64,000 nt of DNA from Chlamydiota bacterium. Its GTDB lineage: Bacteria > Chlamydiota > Chlamydiia > Chlamydiales > JACKPQ01. The DNA lies in NCBI GenBank assembly GCA_021772435.1, contig JAJFLZ010000018.1, positions 199 to 64,198 on the forward strand, in the 5' to 3' direction. Below, one piece after another: positions 18,273-27,187 of the stretch (positions are counted from its first letter, which is position 1; each line of letters starts with the position of its first letter). The translations under genes and the position numbers were made by a program. The notes beneath the pieces are model-generated. The model made no database searches. It had not been told where the DNA came from and saw only the letters and a program-made list of their open reading frames with translations.

Positions 18273-19110
18273 AAAAATCATCGATGGGAGGGCCGTTGCC
18301 AGCGAAATACGCCTCAAACTCAAAGACAAAATTGCTCAGCTTTCGGGTAGGAGGCCTGGCCTTGCTTTTATTCTCATTGGCAATGATGAAGCCTCCAAAG
18401 CTTACGTACGTATGAAAAAGAAAGGATGCGAGGAAGTTGGCATCACATCGCATGTATTGCACCTATCTGAAAAAATCTCCGAGCGCGAACTTTTAGCGGA
18501 AATCGACCACCTAAATTCAAGTGAAAATATCGACGGTATTTTGGTCCAGCAACCATTGCCAAAGCAAATTCACACAGATAAAATCGTCGAGGCAATCGAT
18601 CCCAAAAAGGATGTCGATGGTTTTCATCCACTCAACATTGGCAAACTCCTACTAGGCCATACCGACGGCCTCGTTCCCTGTACACCGCTTGGCATCATCA
18701 AACTTTTACGCGCCTACAAAATTCAAACAGACGGCAAGGAAGTTGTCATTGTCGGACGCAGTAATATTGTTGGCAAGCCGCTTGCAGCTCTTTTGTGCCA
18801 AAAACAACCCTGGGCAAATAGCACAGTCACACTAGCTCATAGTCATACCGAAAACCTAGCTGAGGTGACAAAAAGAGCCGATATTTTGATCACAGCTCTG
18901 GGCAGCCCAGGTTCTATTACAGCAGGCATGGTCAAAGACGGGGCTGTTGTGATTGATGTCGGCATCAACCGTACCATGAATACGTTAATTGGAGATGTTG
19001 CCTTTGCCGAGGTTATAGAAAAAGCTAGCCTAATTACGCCCGTACCAGGAGGCGTTGGCCCCATGACAATTGCGATGCTGCTATCTAACACACTCAAGGC
19101 CTTTTCATGA
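18259..19110 (+). CDS. folD: Bifunctional methylenetetrahydrofolate dehydrogenase/cyclohydrolase
   Basis: 283-aa ORF with GRSNIVGKPLAALL and TPVPGGVGPMTIAMLL signatures. Confidence 0.93.
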   Translation: MPQNKKIIDGRAVASEIRLKLKDKIAQLSGRRPGLAFILIGNDEASKAYVRMKKKGCEEVGITSHVLHLSEKISERELLAEIDHLNSSENIDGILVQQPLPKQIHTDKIVEAIDPKKDVDGFHPLNIGKLLLGHTDGLVPCTPLGIIKLLRAYKIQTDGKEVVIVGRSNIVGKPLAALLCQKQPWANSTVTLAHSHTENLAEVTKRADILITALGSPGSITAGMVKDGAVVIDVGINRTMNTLIGDVAFAEVIEKASLITPVPGGVGPMTIAMLLSNTLKAFS

Positions 19111-19976
19111 AATGGTTAGCTGCGCTGCTTTTGCTATGCGCCTGCGATAAATCTACACCTCTGAATCATTTTTCAGGTCAGGCGTTCAACATTCCTTATC
19201 ATATCCAAATTGGCCACAAACTTTTAGATTCCGATAAAGAGCAAATTTGCCAAATCATCCAAAACGTCTTTACCCAGATTGACACGCGCTTCAATCACTG
19301 GAACCTCACCTCTGAAATCTCAAAATTTAACCAATGCCAAGCAAATACGCCGTTTAAGGCATCAAGCGAACTCCTACTTTTGCTTGATCTGTCCAAAACA
19401 GTAAGCACGCTTACGCAAAATCGCTTTGACCCAACCTTGGGAACACTTACAACCGCTCTTAAAACTGAAAATCCCCTAACAGGCCCCGCAGGCATTCAAC
19501 ATCTGCACATCGAAGGAAACCTTTTGACTAAAACAGCTGACATTAAGCTCGATTTAGATGGAATCTCAAAAGGATACGCTATCGATTTACTCATTGAAAA
19601 AATCAGCGCATTAAAGCACAAAAATATTTATGTCGAATGGGGAGGTGAAATCCGAGCCACAGGCCTGCATCCGACCAAAAGACCTTGGCGCGCGCTCCTA
19701 TGTGGACAGGAAAAAGTGCAAATTGAGCTGGATGCTTGCGCCATTGCAACAAGCGGAGATGGGGTTCAACACTTTGGCACATACACACACATCATCGATG
19801 CAAAAACGCAAAAACCCCTTCCCATTTTAAATCGCAGCATCACTGTCAAAGCAAAAACAGCAAGCTTAGCAGATGCGCTAGCAACAGCACTCATGCAATG
19901 CACAAATGAAGAAATAAAAGAGCTAAAAAAATCACTACCATGTATAGAGGTATGGAATGAAGACGGTATTCTTTGA
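19107..19976 (+). CDS. apbE: FAD:protein FMN transferase (ApbE family lipoprotein)
   Basis: 289-aa ORF with a lipobox-like LLLLCAC, then FDPTLG and DLDGISKGYAID motifs of the ApbE family. Confidence 0.85.
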   Translation: MKWLAALLLLCACDKSTPLNHFSGQAFNIPYHIQIGHKLLDSDKEQICQIIQNVFTQIDTRFNHWNLTSEISKFNQCQANTPFKASSELLLLLDLSKTVSTLTQNRFDPTLGTLTTALKTENPLTGPAGIQHLHIEGNLLTKTADIKLDLDGISKGYAIDLLIEKISALKHKNIYVEWGGEIRATGLHPTKRPWRALLCGQEKVQIELDACAIATSGDGVQHFGTYTHIIDAKTQKPLPILNRSITVKAKTASLADALATALMQCTNEEIKELKKSLPCIEVWNEDGIL

Positions 19977-20559
19977 CCTGGGCGGGGTCCTCATTGACTT
20001 TAGTCACGACAAAATGTGCGAGCAACTAGCGCGCGTTACTGGACTATCAGCACAAGAGCTCAAAAAATTCTTTTTTGAGACCAATATTAACGAGCTATAC
20101 GAAACGGGGCAAATCGACAGTCAGTATCTACACTTCAAGCTCTCACAAGTAGCCAAAAAACCACTCGAATTTACCGATGTGATGCTAGCGGCATCTAAAA
20201 TTTTCAAACCTATTCCAAAAACGATTGAACTTCTCGACAGCCTAAAAATAAAAGGCATACGCCTAGTCCTTCTCTCAAATACATGCGAGGCGCACTTTGA
20301 CTACGCAAAAAAAACCTATCCATTTTTGCGTAAATTCGATGCCTATCTTCTCTCGTACAAAGTCGCTTTGCGCAAGCCCGATCCCAAAATCTTTTCAATG
20401 GCCCTATCCATGACCAAATCTCGAGCAGACGAATGCCTCTACGTCGACGATGTTGAAAACCACACCATCGCAGCTGAAAAAGTCGGACTTCCCTCTCACC
20501 ACTACACCGGCACCGAAGCACTTACAAAAGAATTAAAGACTAGACAGTTTTTGCAATAG
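19957..20559 (+). CDS. HAD-superfamily hydrolase
   Basis: 200-aa ORF with motif I FFDLGGVL, motif II LLSNT, and motif IV YVDDVENH. Confidence 0.8.
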   Translation: MKTVFFDLGGVLIDFSHDKMCEQLARVTGLSAQELKKFFFETNINELYETGQIDSQYLHFKLSQVAKKPLEFTDVMLAASKIFKPIPKTIELLDSLKIKGIRLVLLSNTCEAHFDYAKKTYPFLRKFDAYLLSYKVALRKPDPKIFSMALSMTKSRADECLYVDDVENHTIAAEKVGLPSHHYTGTEALTKELKTRQFLQ

Positions 20560-21168
20560 TTAAAATCCAGACCCCGGTTTTTGCAAAAAGGCTATTTCCT
20601 CATCTGTAGACGTGCGACCTAAAATGGCATTGCGATGCGGGTACCGTCCAAATCGATCGATGATAACCTTGTGCTGCGCCGCATAAGTATAAAAGCCTTT
20701 TAACGACGGATTCTCGTCGCTCAGGGCTCTGAAAAGATTCACAGAGTGATTTTGTAAGCCCCTATCCTCAGCATGCTCAAGCGGCATGTAGTAAAAAGCC
20801 CTTTGAACGGGCGTAAGTTTTAGATCGCAGCGATTACCTAGCCCCTTGAGCACAATTTGCTGCGCTAGCCGATCATAGGCAAATGCTTTGGGCAAATTGC
20901 GATGAATGTTACGTGAAAATTGATCTAGCAAAATAACAAGTGCCAGCTGCTCTTGTGGATCTTCTGGAATGGACATCTCTGAGGTGTCATCAAAAGATTC
21001 TAGCTGCTCACAAAATAAAGACTTGATTTGCTGATCAAAAGCTTGATTCGACATAAACCATTTTGATCGGACATCTTCCCCCTTAAACCAAAAGTCTAAA
21101 ATTTTGCCACTGTCGATAGCGGAAAACAGGCTAGAAACCCCAAAAACCATTAGTAAAAAATTTAACAT
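20560..21168 (-). CDS. DUF924 family protein
   Basis: 202-aa ORF with LDQFSRNIHR and DRFGRYPHRNAILGR signatures. It is convergent with the HAD gene with zero spacing. Confidence 0.8.
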   Translation of the reverse strand: MLNFLLMVFGVSSLFSAIDSGKILDFWFKGEDVRSKWFMSNQAFDQQIKSLFCEQLESFDDTSEMSIPEDPQEQLALVILLDQFSRNIHRNLPKAFAYDRLAQQIVLKGLGNRCDLKLTPVQRAFYYMPLEHAEDRGLQNHSVNLFRALSDENPSLKGFYTYAAQHKVIIDRFGRYPHRNAILGRTSTDEEIAFLQKPGSGF

Positions 21169-21234
21169 CGCTTTTCTCCACGTTTAAAGCTTTAAGTCTA
21201 GCGGATAGAGTACGCTATCTGCTACAATGATGTT

Positions 21235-23100
21235 ATGAAAATTCTTGGTATCATTCATACCCATCCCAGAGGTTTTGGCTTTGTTACACCTGATGATCCA
21301 GACGAATGTTCTGGTACTGTGTTCGTACCGGCTCAATTTACTGCTGGCGCGGTACAGGGCGATCATGTTGAGGTGGAACTAGCTGACAAGCCCATGAAAC
21401 CCGAGCGCGGCCCCGAAGGTAAAGTGTTGCGTGTTTTAAAGCGCGGTAGAGAACAAATCACTGGCGTGATCGTCGATCAGGCAGGGCGTGATCAATTTAT
21501 CGTCTACTCTCCCATGCTCGGACCTGAAAAAGACATCATTGTCACCGGTACAAACCTTGCCATTGGCCAGCGCGTCACCGTCAAAATCAGCAGCTGGGAA
21601 GACCTAAATGGCAAAGTCATTAAAATATTAGGTACAATGGACGATCCCAAGATCGACGTTTCTTGCGCCATATTAGAATTTGAGCTTGATCCTTCCTTCC
21701 CCAAAAAAGCTATCGAAGAGGCCAAATCCTACGGGACAACTGTCAACGACATCTCAGACCGCCGGGATTTCACATCGTGGGAAATTGTCACCATCGATCC
21801 TGAAACCGCGCGCGATTTCGACGATGCCCTTTCATTAACAATCGATAAAAAAGGCCACTACCACCTCGGCGTGCATATCGCCGATGTATCCACGTACGTG
21901 CGCCCCGGTATGATGCTTGATACCATCGCCTCAAAACGGTGCAATTCCACCTACTTTCCAGGCACATGCCTGCCGATGATCCCCGAAGAGCTCTCCAACG
22001 AGCTCTGCTCGCTTAAAGAAGGTGTCTTGCGACTTACATCGAGCGTACTAATGGAATTTCAGCCTGATGGCAAGCTTGTTAACTACGAAATTGTCAAGGG
22101 AGCGATCAAAAGCCAGAAACGCTTTACCTACGAAGAAGCTAAACGCGTGATCGATGGCCAAGCAAAAAGCAAGCACAAACTCCTTCTTGAAGACATGGTC
22201 AAGCTTTGCTTGCTACTCAAATCAAAAAGACGGGAGCGCGGAAGTGTAGATTTGGCTCTTCCTGAAACGGTTATGCACGTTGATAAAACCGGCAAACCAA
22301 CTGGATTTAAAGTTGTAGAATACGATATCACGCACCAACTCGTTGAAGAATTTATGCTCAAGGCCAATGAGATGGTCGCAACGCACCTATCTAAAACTGT
22401 ACCAGCATCTGTTTACCGCGTGCACCAAGCGCCCACATTAGAAGACCAACAAAGCTTTTTTGACTTAGCCAGATTGCTTGGCTTCAAGCTCCCCAAAGAG
22501 CCCACGACCCAAGAGATCCAAGAGCTTTTTAACAAAGCTAAAAAAACGCCGCACGCCCAGCAGCTATCCATCAGCTTTATCAAAACCATGAAACTTGCCA
22601 TGTACTCGCCTAATAACGTCGGCCACTACGGCCTAAGTTTAGAGCACTACACCCACTTCACAAGCCCCATCCGCAGATACCCAGACCTCATCATCCACCG
22701 CTTGCTGTTTGAGGAGCCAGGCAAACATACATCTCTTGAAAAAATCTGCTTAACCTGCTCAGATGCCGAGCGAGCAAGCTCCAAAGCTGAAAATCGCGTT
22801 CTTACCCTCAAAAAATTACGTTACCTGCTCGACCTAGAAGAATCTGCAAAAGAAGAGCCCACCTATGAGGCCACCGTCACCACAATCTTGCATTTTGGAT
22901 TCACATTTGATTTGACCGATTTTGGCATGGAGGGCTTAATTCGGCTCGCCGAACTACCTCACTACTACAATTACGATGCCAAGCGCCAGCTCTTGCAAAC
23001 AGACTCTGGTCACAAACGCATCCGCTTGGGCGATAAAATCGTGGTCAAAGTCGAAGGCATTAACTTGCCAGCAGCAGAAGTTTTCTGGAAATTAGTCTAA
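21235..23100 (+). CDS. rnr: Ribonuclease R (RNB family 3'-5' exoribonuclease)
   Basis: 621-aa ORF with TIDPETARDFDDALS and HYGLSLEHYTHFTSPIRRYPDLIIHR (RNB domain), plus a C-terminal S1-like segment. Confidence 0.92.
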   Translation: MKILGIIHTHPRGFGFVTPDDPDECSGTVFVPAQFTAGAVQGDHVEVELADKPMKPERGPEGKVLRVLKRGREQITGVIVDQAGRDQFIVYSPMLGPEKDIIVTGTNLAIGQRVTVKISSWEDLNGKVIKILGTMDDPKIDVSCAILEFELDPSFPKKAIEEAKSYGTTVNDISDRRDFTSWEIVTIDPETARDFDDALSLTIDKKGHYHLGVHIADVSTYVRPGMMLDTIASKRCNSTYFPGTCLPMIPEELSNELCSLKEGVLRLTSSVLMEFQPDGKLVNYEIVKGAIKSQKRFTYEEAKRVIDGQAKSKHKLLLEDMVKLCLLLKSKRRERGSVDLALPETVMHVDKTGKPTGFKVVEYDITHQLVEEFMLKANEMVATHLSKTVPASVYRVHQAPTLEDQQSFFDLARLLGFKLPKEPTTQEIQELFNKAKKTPHAQQLSISFIKTMKLAMYSPNNVGHYGLSLEHYTHFTSPIRRYPDLIIHRLLFEEPGKHTSLEKICLTCSDAERASSKAENRVLTLKKLRYLLDLEESAKEEPTYEATVTTILHFGFTFDLTDFGMEGLIRLAELPHYYNYDAKRQLLQTDSGHKRIRLGDKIVVKVEGINLPAAEVFWKLV

Positions 23101-23173
23101 CGTATCCCATCAATGCTATGATTTCTGTGAATCGCGACTGGACAACACATCACAAATCCAGTACTCTAGGGAG

Positions 23174-23821
23174 ATGAAAAAGTACTTTATTACAGGTCTT
23201 GTCATTCTCTTGCCGCTCGTTTTGACAGTGGCAATCTTTGCCTTTGTCGTGAATCTATTGACAAAGCCATTTGTGCACGCTGTAGAAGTTTTTTTGAGCA
23301 GGTTTCAGATCATCAACAAAGGCTTTTTGTTTTTAAGCCCTGAACAAGTGTTGCACTATGGCGCGCAGCTACTTATTTTGATCGGCATATTTTTTGCCTT
23401 AGTGCTTATCGGCATGCTCGCCAGATGGTTCTTTTTAAAATCAGTAATTAACCTCAGCGATAAAATCTTACACAAAATTCCTATCATCAACAAGGTTTAC
23501 AAAACAACACAGGAAATTATCAAAACACTGTTTGCCTCGGACAAAAACTCGTTTCGTCAAGTTGTCATGGTGCCCTTTCCTCATTCGAACTCGTGGGCCA
23601 TTGGCTTGGTATCGAAAGAATCGCCTAAAGTGTGCTCAGATGGCGTAGGTGAAGAAATGAGTTCTGTGCTCATACCCACAACACCCAACCCCACGACCGG
23701 TTTTTTGCTGATGTATCGCAAATCTGACTTAATTTTACTCGATATGAAAGTGGAAGATGCAGTCAAATATGTCGTCTCCTGTGGCGTAATCACACCTGAG
23801 CACGAGGAGGTTAAAAAGTGA
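23174..23821 (+). CDS. DUF502 family membrane protein (paralogue 1)
   Basis: 215-aa ORF. N-terminal MKKYFITGLVILLPLVLT, two TM helices, and IPTTPNPTTGFL are typical of DUF502/COG2928. Confidence 0.8.
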   Translation: MKKYFITGLVILLPLVLTVAIFAFVVNLLTKPFVHAVEVFLSRFQIINKGFLFLSPEQVLHYGAQLLILIGIFFALVLIGMLARWFFLKSVINLSDKILHKIPIINKVYKTTQEIIKTLFASDKNSFRQVVMVPFPHSNSWAIGLVSKESPKVCSDGVGEEMSSVLIPTTPNPTTGFLLMYRKSDLILLDMKVEDAVKYVVSCGVITPEHEEVKK

Positions 23822-24495
23822 AAAAATACTTTTTTACAGGTCTAGTCCTCATTTTACCTTTGACTGTAACCATCATTATTTTAGTTTTTGTGCTCGACTT
23901 ATTAACCGAGCCGTTTGTCGGTTTTGTCAAAGATTTATTTTTGGCATTTAGCGACCAGCTGGGCCCTCTGACTAAACACCCCAAATTGCTGCTATTTATA
24001 GGACGTGTGACAGTCTTACTATTGATGCTCCTTACGATCTTTATTTTGGGCTTTTTAGGCAGGCGTTTTTTCTTCAAATACCTGCATGAGAAGATGAGTA
24101 GCATTTTAGAGCGCATCCCGATCGTTAGAAGGGTCTATCGCATCACACGTGAGATCACAAAGTCTGTGCTATCTGGCGAAAAAAAACCGTTTAGCAACCC
24201 TGTCTACATCCCCTTTCCCCACTCTCGTTCGGTTGCAATCGGCTTCGAGACAGGCCCTGTACCAAAAAAAGCTGAAATTGAAGGCATCGACTTGCAATCA
24301 GTTTTTGTGCCGACAGCACCTCACCCAATTTCCGGTTTTGTTTTACTCACGCGGAAAGACGATATCAATCCGCTTGATATCCGCGCTGAAGAGATTTTAA
24401 AATTCTTGGTCTCCTGTGGGACCTATCACTTTGAGGAAAAAAATGCCGAGGGTCATGTTGATTCAAGTGCAGACAGATCCCCAAAAGCTGACTAA
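23818..24495 (+). CDS. DUF502 family membrane protein (paralogue 2)
   Basis: 225-aa ORF with a GTG start overlapping the upstream stop (GTGA). MKKYFFTGLVLILPLTVT and VPTAPHPISGFV parallel paralogue 1. Confidence 0.8.
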   Translation: MKKYFFTGLVLILPLTVTIIILVFVLDLLTEPFVGFVKDLFLAFSDQLGPLTKHPKLLLFIGRVTVLLLMLLTIFILGFLGRRFFFKYLHEKMSSILERIPIVRRVYRITREITKSVLSGEKKPFSNPVYIPFPHSRSVAIGFETGPVPKKAEIEGIDLQSVFVPTAPHPISGFVLLTRKDDINPLDIRAEEILKFLVSCGTYHFEEKNAEGHVDSSADRSPKAD

Positions 24496-24826
24496 AATTG
24501 TCACCTTAGCAACCGAGCACTTTAAACGGGGTGAGAGTCTGCAAATTTTAGTCGAAAACGATCTATCACGTGAATATATCGACAAATTGCTCTGGACCCA
24601 TCCCCCTGACAGCTTTTTGCCTCACGGCGGTGAACTCATCTCTATCGGACAAAAGCTTGACCCTGATGCAACTCATTATTTTAACTTAACAGCAGATGCC
24701 CTCATCCAGATAGACGCAGGTGCCATTTACGAATTCGATGACCAAAGCTCACCACACAAGCAAGAAGCCTTCAAGCGCCGCTACCACGCCTACAAACGCT
24801 CAGGTTTTGCCATCATCTCACTTTAA
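24443..24826 (+). CDS. holC: DNA polymerase III chi-subunit-like protein (tentative)
   Basis: From ATG 24443 it reads MPRVMLIQVQTDPQKLTKIVTLATEHFKRGESLQILVENDLSREYIDKLLWTHPPDSFLPHG. The LW....SFLPH pattern and the ~130-aa size fit HolC. It overlaps the 3' end of the DUF502 gene. Confidence 0.45.
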   Translation: MPRVMLIQVQTDPQKLTKIVTLATEHFKRGESLQILVENDLSREYIDKLLWTHPPDSFLPHGGELISIGQKLDPDATHYFNLTADALIQIDAGAIYEFDDQSSPHKQEAFKRRYHAYKRSGFAIISL

Positions 24827-24846
24827 CCTTCTGCCATAGATAGTCA

Positions 24847-24856
24847 CCCCCCCCCC
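24847..24856. repeat. Homopolymeric C10 tract in an intergenic region
   Basis: tagtca + cccccccccc + gttt, counted directly. It lies 20 nt after the holC-like stop and 143 nt before the small-ORF pair. Confidence 0.95.
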
Positions 24857-24998
24857 GTTTAAAATAAATTTTTGACTCACATCGATGCATCTTTTGACTC
24901 CAGCTATCATAAGAAGGAAGAATAGTAGCACGCATCTAATTTTTTTTGCGTTTTTATCACCAAGATGCTATATTGACACTTTAAAAAGAGGTTTAGTT

Positions 24999-25172
24999 AT
25001 GACCAGAATGAGTAAGCAGGGCGAGCGCCGCAACAAAAGCCCACGCAAAAGTAAGTTCCCTAGCCCTAAAACTGGTGCTAAAAAAGACAATTTACCCAAG
25101 GGCTACAGAGAGCATACAAATGCTTTGACAAGTCAAAATAGTTTTATCAGCAAGGAAATTTCGAATGTCTAG
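24999..25172 (+). CDS. Small lysine/arginine-rich hypothetical protein
   Basis: 57 aa from ATG 24999 (MTRMSKQGERRNKSPRKSKFPSPKTGAKKDNLPKGY...), with SD agagg 9 nt upstream. The track ORF starting at 24885 is probably over-extended. Its stop overlaps the next start (ATGTCTAG). Confidence 0.45.
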   Translation: MTRMSKQGERRNKSPRKSKFPSPKTGAKKDNLPKGYREHTNALTSQNSFISKEISNV

Positions 25173-25326
25173 ACATCCAAGTTACGGAAAATCAAGTAAA
25201 GGTGGCAAAAAGCGCAACGTTCTAAAGCGTTTTGAGCGTATTGATGTGCTGCGCGAGCTAGGCCGCTGGGTAGATGGCGAAAACAAACGCGTTACCAACT
25301 TGCCTAAAACCCCTGTGCAAAAATAG
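25165..25326 (+). CDS. Small basic protein family member (below ORF-track cutoff)
   Basis: Hand translation gives MSRHPSYGKSSKGGKKRNVLKRFERIDVLRELGRWVDGENKRVTNLPKTPVQK (53 aa). It matches my recollection of the 'small basic protein' family of Planctomycetes, Chlamydiae and Leptospira (KRNVLKRFERI...LPKT). Confidence 0.55.
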   Translation: MSRHPSYGKSSKGGKKRNVLKRFERIDVLRELGRWVDGENKRVTNLPKTPVQK

Positions 25327-25412
25327 TTTCGATTTATAATGATCAAAGCGATTTAGCTCTCAATGAGTCTCAAGTTGAGGCTATAGTAGAAGCTGTCTTA
25401 GAACCCTACGAG

Positions 25413-25766
25413 GTGCGTGATGTCGTCTTGCATTTTGTTACCGAAGCTAAAATCTGCGAGCTCCACGGTGAGCATTTTGATGATCCAAGTTTAACCGACT
25501 GCATCACCTTCCCAATAGATCTACCAGGACCCGATTGCGACGTCCTGGGCGAAGTCTTTGTTTGTCCCACCGCAGCTCTTCTTTACGCTAAAGAAAACAA
25601 TTCTCAACCCTACCGCGAATGCACCCTTTACATCGTACACGGTCTCTTGCATCTGCTTGGATACGATGACATCGATGAGATCGATCAAAAAAAGATGCGT
25701 GCTATGGAAGACAAATGCATGGCCTATCTAGAGCAGCGCAGCTTGATCTTAACTCCTCCTAAGTGA
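25413..25766 (+). CDS. ybeY: rRNA maturation endoribonuclease YbeY (start uncertain; homology extends upstream to about 25326)
   Basis: It has the zinc motif HGLLHLLGYDD. The track ORF starts at GTG 25413 (117 aa), but the in-frame upstream sequence IVSIYNDQSDLALNESQVEAIVEAVLEPYE looks like the normal YbeY N-terminus and has no ATG, GTG or TTG. Confidence 0.8.
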   Translation: MRDVVLHFVTEAKICELHGEHFDDPSLTDCITFPIDLPGPDCDVLGEVFVCPTAALLYAKENNSQPYRECTLYIVHGLLHLLGYDDIDEIDQKKMRAMEDKCMAYLEQRSLILTPPK

Positions 25767-25779
25767 TAAAATAATAAAT

Positions 25780-27105
25780 ATGAACCTCTACGCTTTTGTG
25801 ATTCCCCTTGTCCTTCTTCTTGCTACTGGCTTGCTCACGATGGTTCTAGCAGCCCTTCGAAAACTTGGCCCTATTCGATCCAAACGTATGTTCAGAACCT
25901 TTCCAAAAACCTTCTTTCTCTACAGACTGCTCCGTAAAATCCACCGCAAATTTGACTGGAACGAGCTGTTTTTCGTCCTCAATTTTGCAAAAAACACCCT
26001 GCTTTTAGCTTTTGCGATTACTGGCTGTTTCTTCTTTCTAACCGAAGTATTTGGCGCTGACACCCTATCTGAAACACCGCTTGCTCTTCTGATTTTATCT
26101 GCTGGCATCACCATGCTAATAGCTCTAATCGTGGATGCACTGACAAGACTTATCAGCGTCGTCTGGCCTGGTGCGGCATTACAAACCGCTTTTTTTCCCT
26201 CCAGCCTCATCAATCTCATCTTGCTTCCCATCACAAGCATATTACTTGTTCTTTTAAAATCGATCTTTCCATCTCAAGAGCCCAAAGAAGGCATCAGCGC
26301 ACCGCGCCTTGCTCAAGATAAAATCATGGAACTTATTCACGACCATGATCTCAGCAGCTATCTAGAACCTATGCAGCGAAAGCTACTAACTAGTATCGCA
26401 ACATTTCAAGAACGCATTGCACGCGAGATCATGGTTCCAAGAATTGATGTGGCCACTCTCGATATCAAAGCCACTATCAAAGAGGCTTCTGATCTCTTTC
26501 AACAAGAGCAATACTCACGCATTCCTGTCTACCAAGACAATGTCGACCAAATTTGCGGCGTTTTGCGCTACAAAGACATCATCGAGCTCTACATGAATAA
26601 CGCTGAAAAAAACGGCGACTTTCTAAACACTCCTATCGAGTCACTCATCAAGCCCTGTCTCTATGCGCCTGAAACAAAAAAAATCTCCAAACTCCTCCAA
26701 GAATTTAGAAAAGAGCAAAATCACATGGCGGTGATCGTCGATGAATACGGCGGCACAGAAGGCATTGTGACCATTGAAGACATTTTAGAAGAGCTTGTTG
26801 GCGAGATTGAAGATGAATACGACACAGAAGATGAGACGCTATTTAAGCCGCACGAGAGCGGCGAGTGGATCGTTGATGCCAAGATGTCAATTAACGATAT
26901 TGAAAAAGAGCTAGGCGTTAACATTCCTCACAGCCCCGAATATGACACCATCGGCGGCTACATCTTCCACCGCGCTGGCACCATCCCAGCCAAAGGCTGG
27001 CGCATCCACCACGAGAATTTTGAACTTGAGATCCTATCTTCGACAGAGCGCACCATCGACAAAATCCGCATCATTCCCCTCAGCGCACCAAAGCCTGTAG
27101 AATAA
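25780..27105 (+). CDS. CNNM/DUF21-CBS-CorC_HlyC family protein (TlyC/CorC-like)
   Basis: 441-aa ORF with N-terminal TM helices, a CBS pair, and EYGGTEGIVTIEDILEELVGEIEDEYD followed by the CorC_HlyC C-terminal domain. Confidence 0.85.
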   Translation: MNLYAFVIPLVLLLATGLLTMVLAALRKLGPIRSKRMFRTFPKTFFLYRLLRKIHRKFDWNELFFVLNFAKNTLLLAFAITGCFFFLTEVFGADTLSETPLALLILSAGITMLIALIVDALTRLISVVWPGAALQTAFFPSSLINLILLPITSILLVLLKSIFPSQEPKEGISAPRLAQDKIMELIHDHDLSSYLEPMQRKLLTSIATFQERIAREIMVPRIDVATLDIKATIKEASDLFQQEQYSRIPVYQDNVDQICGVLRYKDIIELYMNNAEKNGDFLNTPIESLIKPCLYAPETKKISKLLQEFRKEQNHMAVIVDEYGGTEGIVTIEDILEELVGEIEDEYDTEDETLFKPHESGEWIVDAKMSINDIEKELGVNIPHSPEYDTIGGYIFHRAGTIPAKGWRIHHENFELEILSSTERTIDKIRIIPLSAPKPVE

Positions 27106-27187
27106 ATTCACTGAAGCCAAATTTATCTAGACATTTTTCACTTATATACCCTAATCTCCCTTCAAAATCTTAACCAATGGATATATT

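Noticed and set aside
21199-21224. 10-bp inverted repeat tagcggatag / ctatctgcta (1 mismatch) upstream of rnr
   Set aside because: It is a single short imperfect palindrome overlapping a possible extended -10 (tgcTACAAT). It is not repeated elsewhere in the window and cannot be distinguished from chance.
23811-24116. 101-aa minus-strand ORF
   Set aside because: It is antisense to the second DUF502 gene. It is Lys-rich because it mirrors Phe/Leu codons of a membrane protein.
24885-24998. Upstream 38 codons of track ORF 24885..25172
   Set aside because: The hydrophobic, odd N-terminal extension has no SD. An internal ATG at 24999 has an SD (agagg) and yields a coherent small basic protein.
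27149-27158. cctaatct 8-mer upstream of the TPR gene matching the arm of the downstream inverted repeat, considered as a second element end
   Set aside because: An 8-mer is expected about twice by chance in 64 kb counting both strands, and the flanks do not align.
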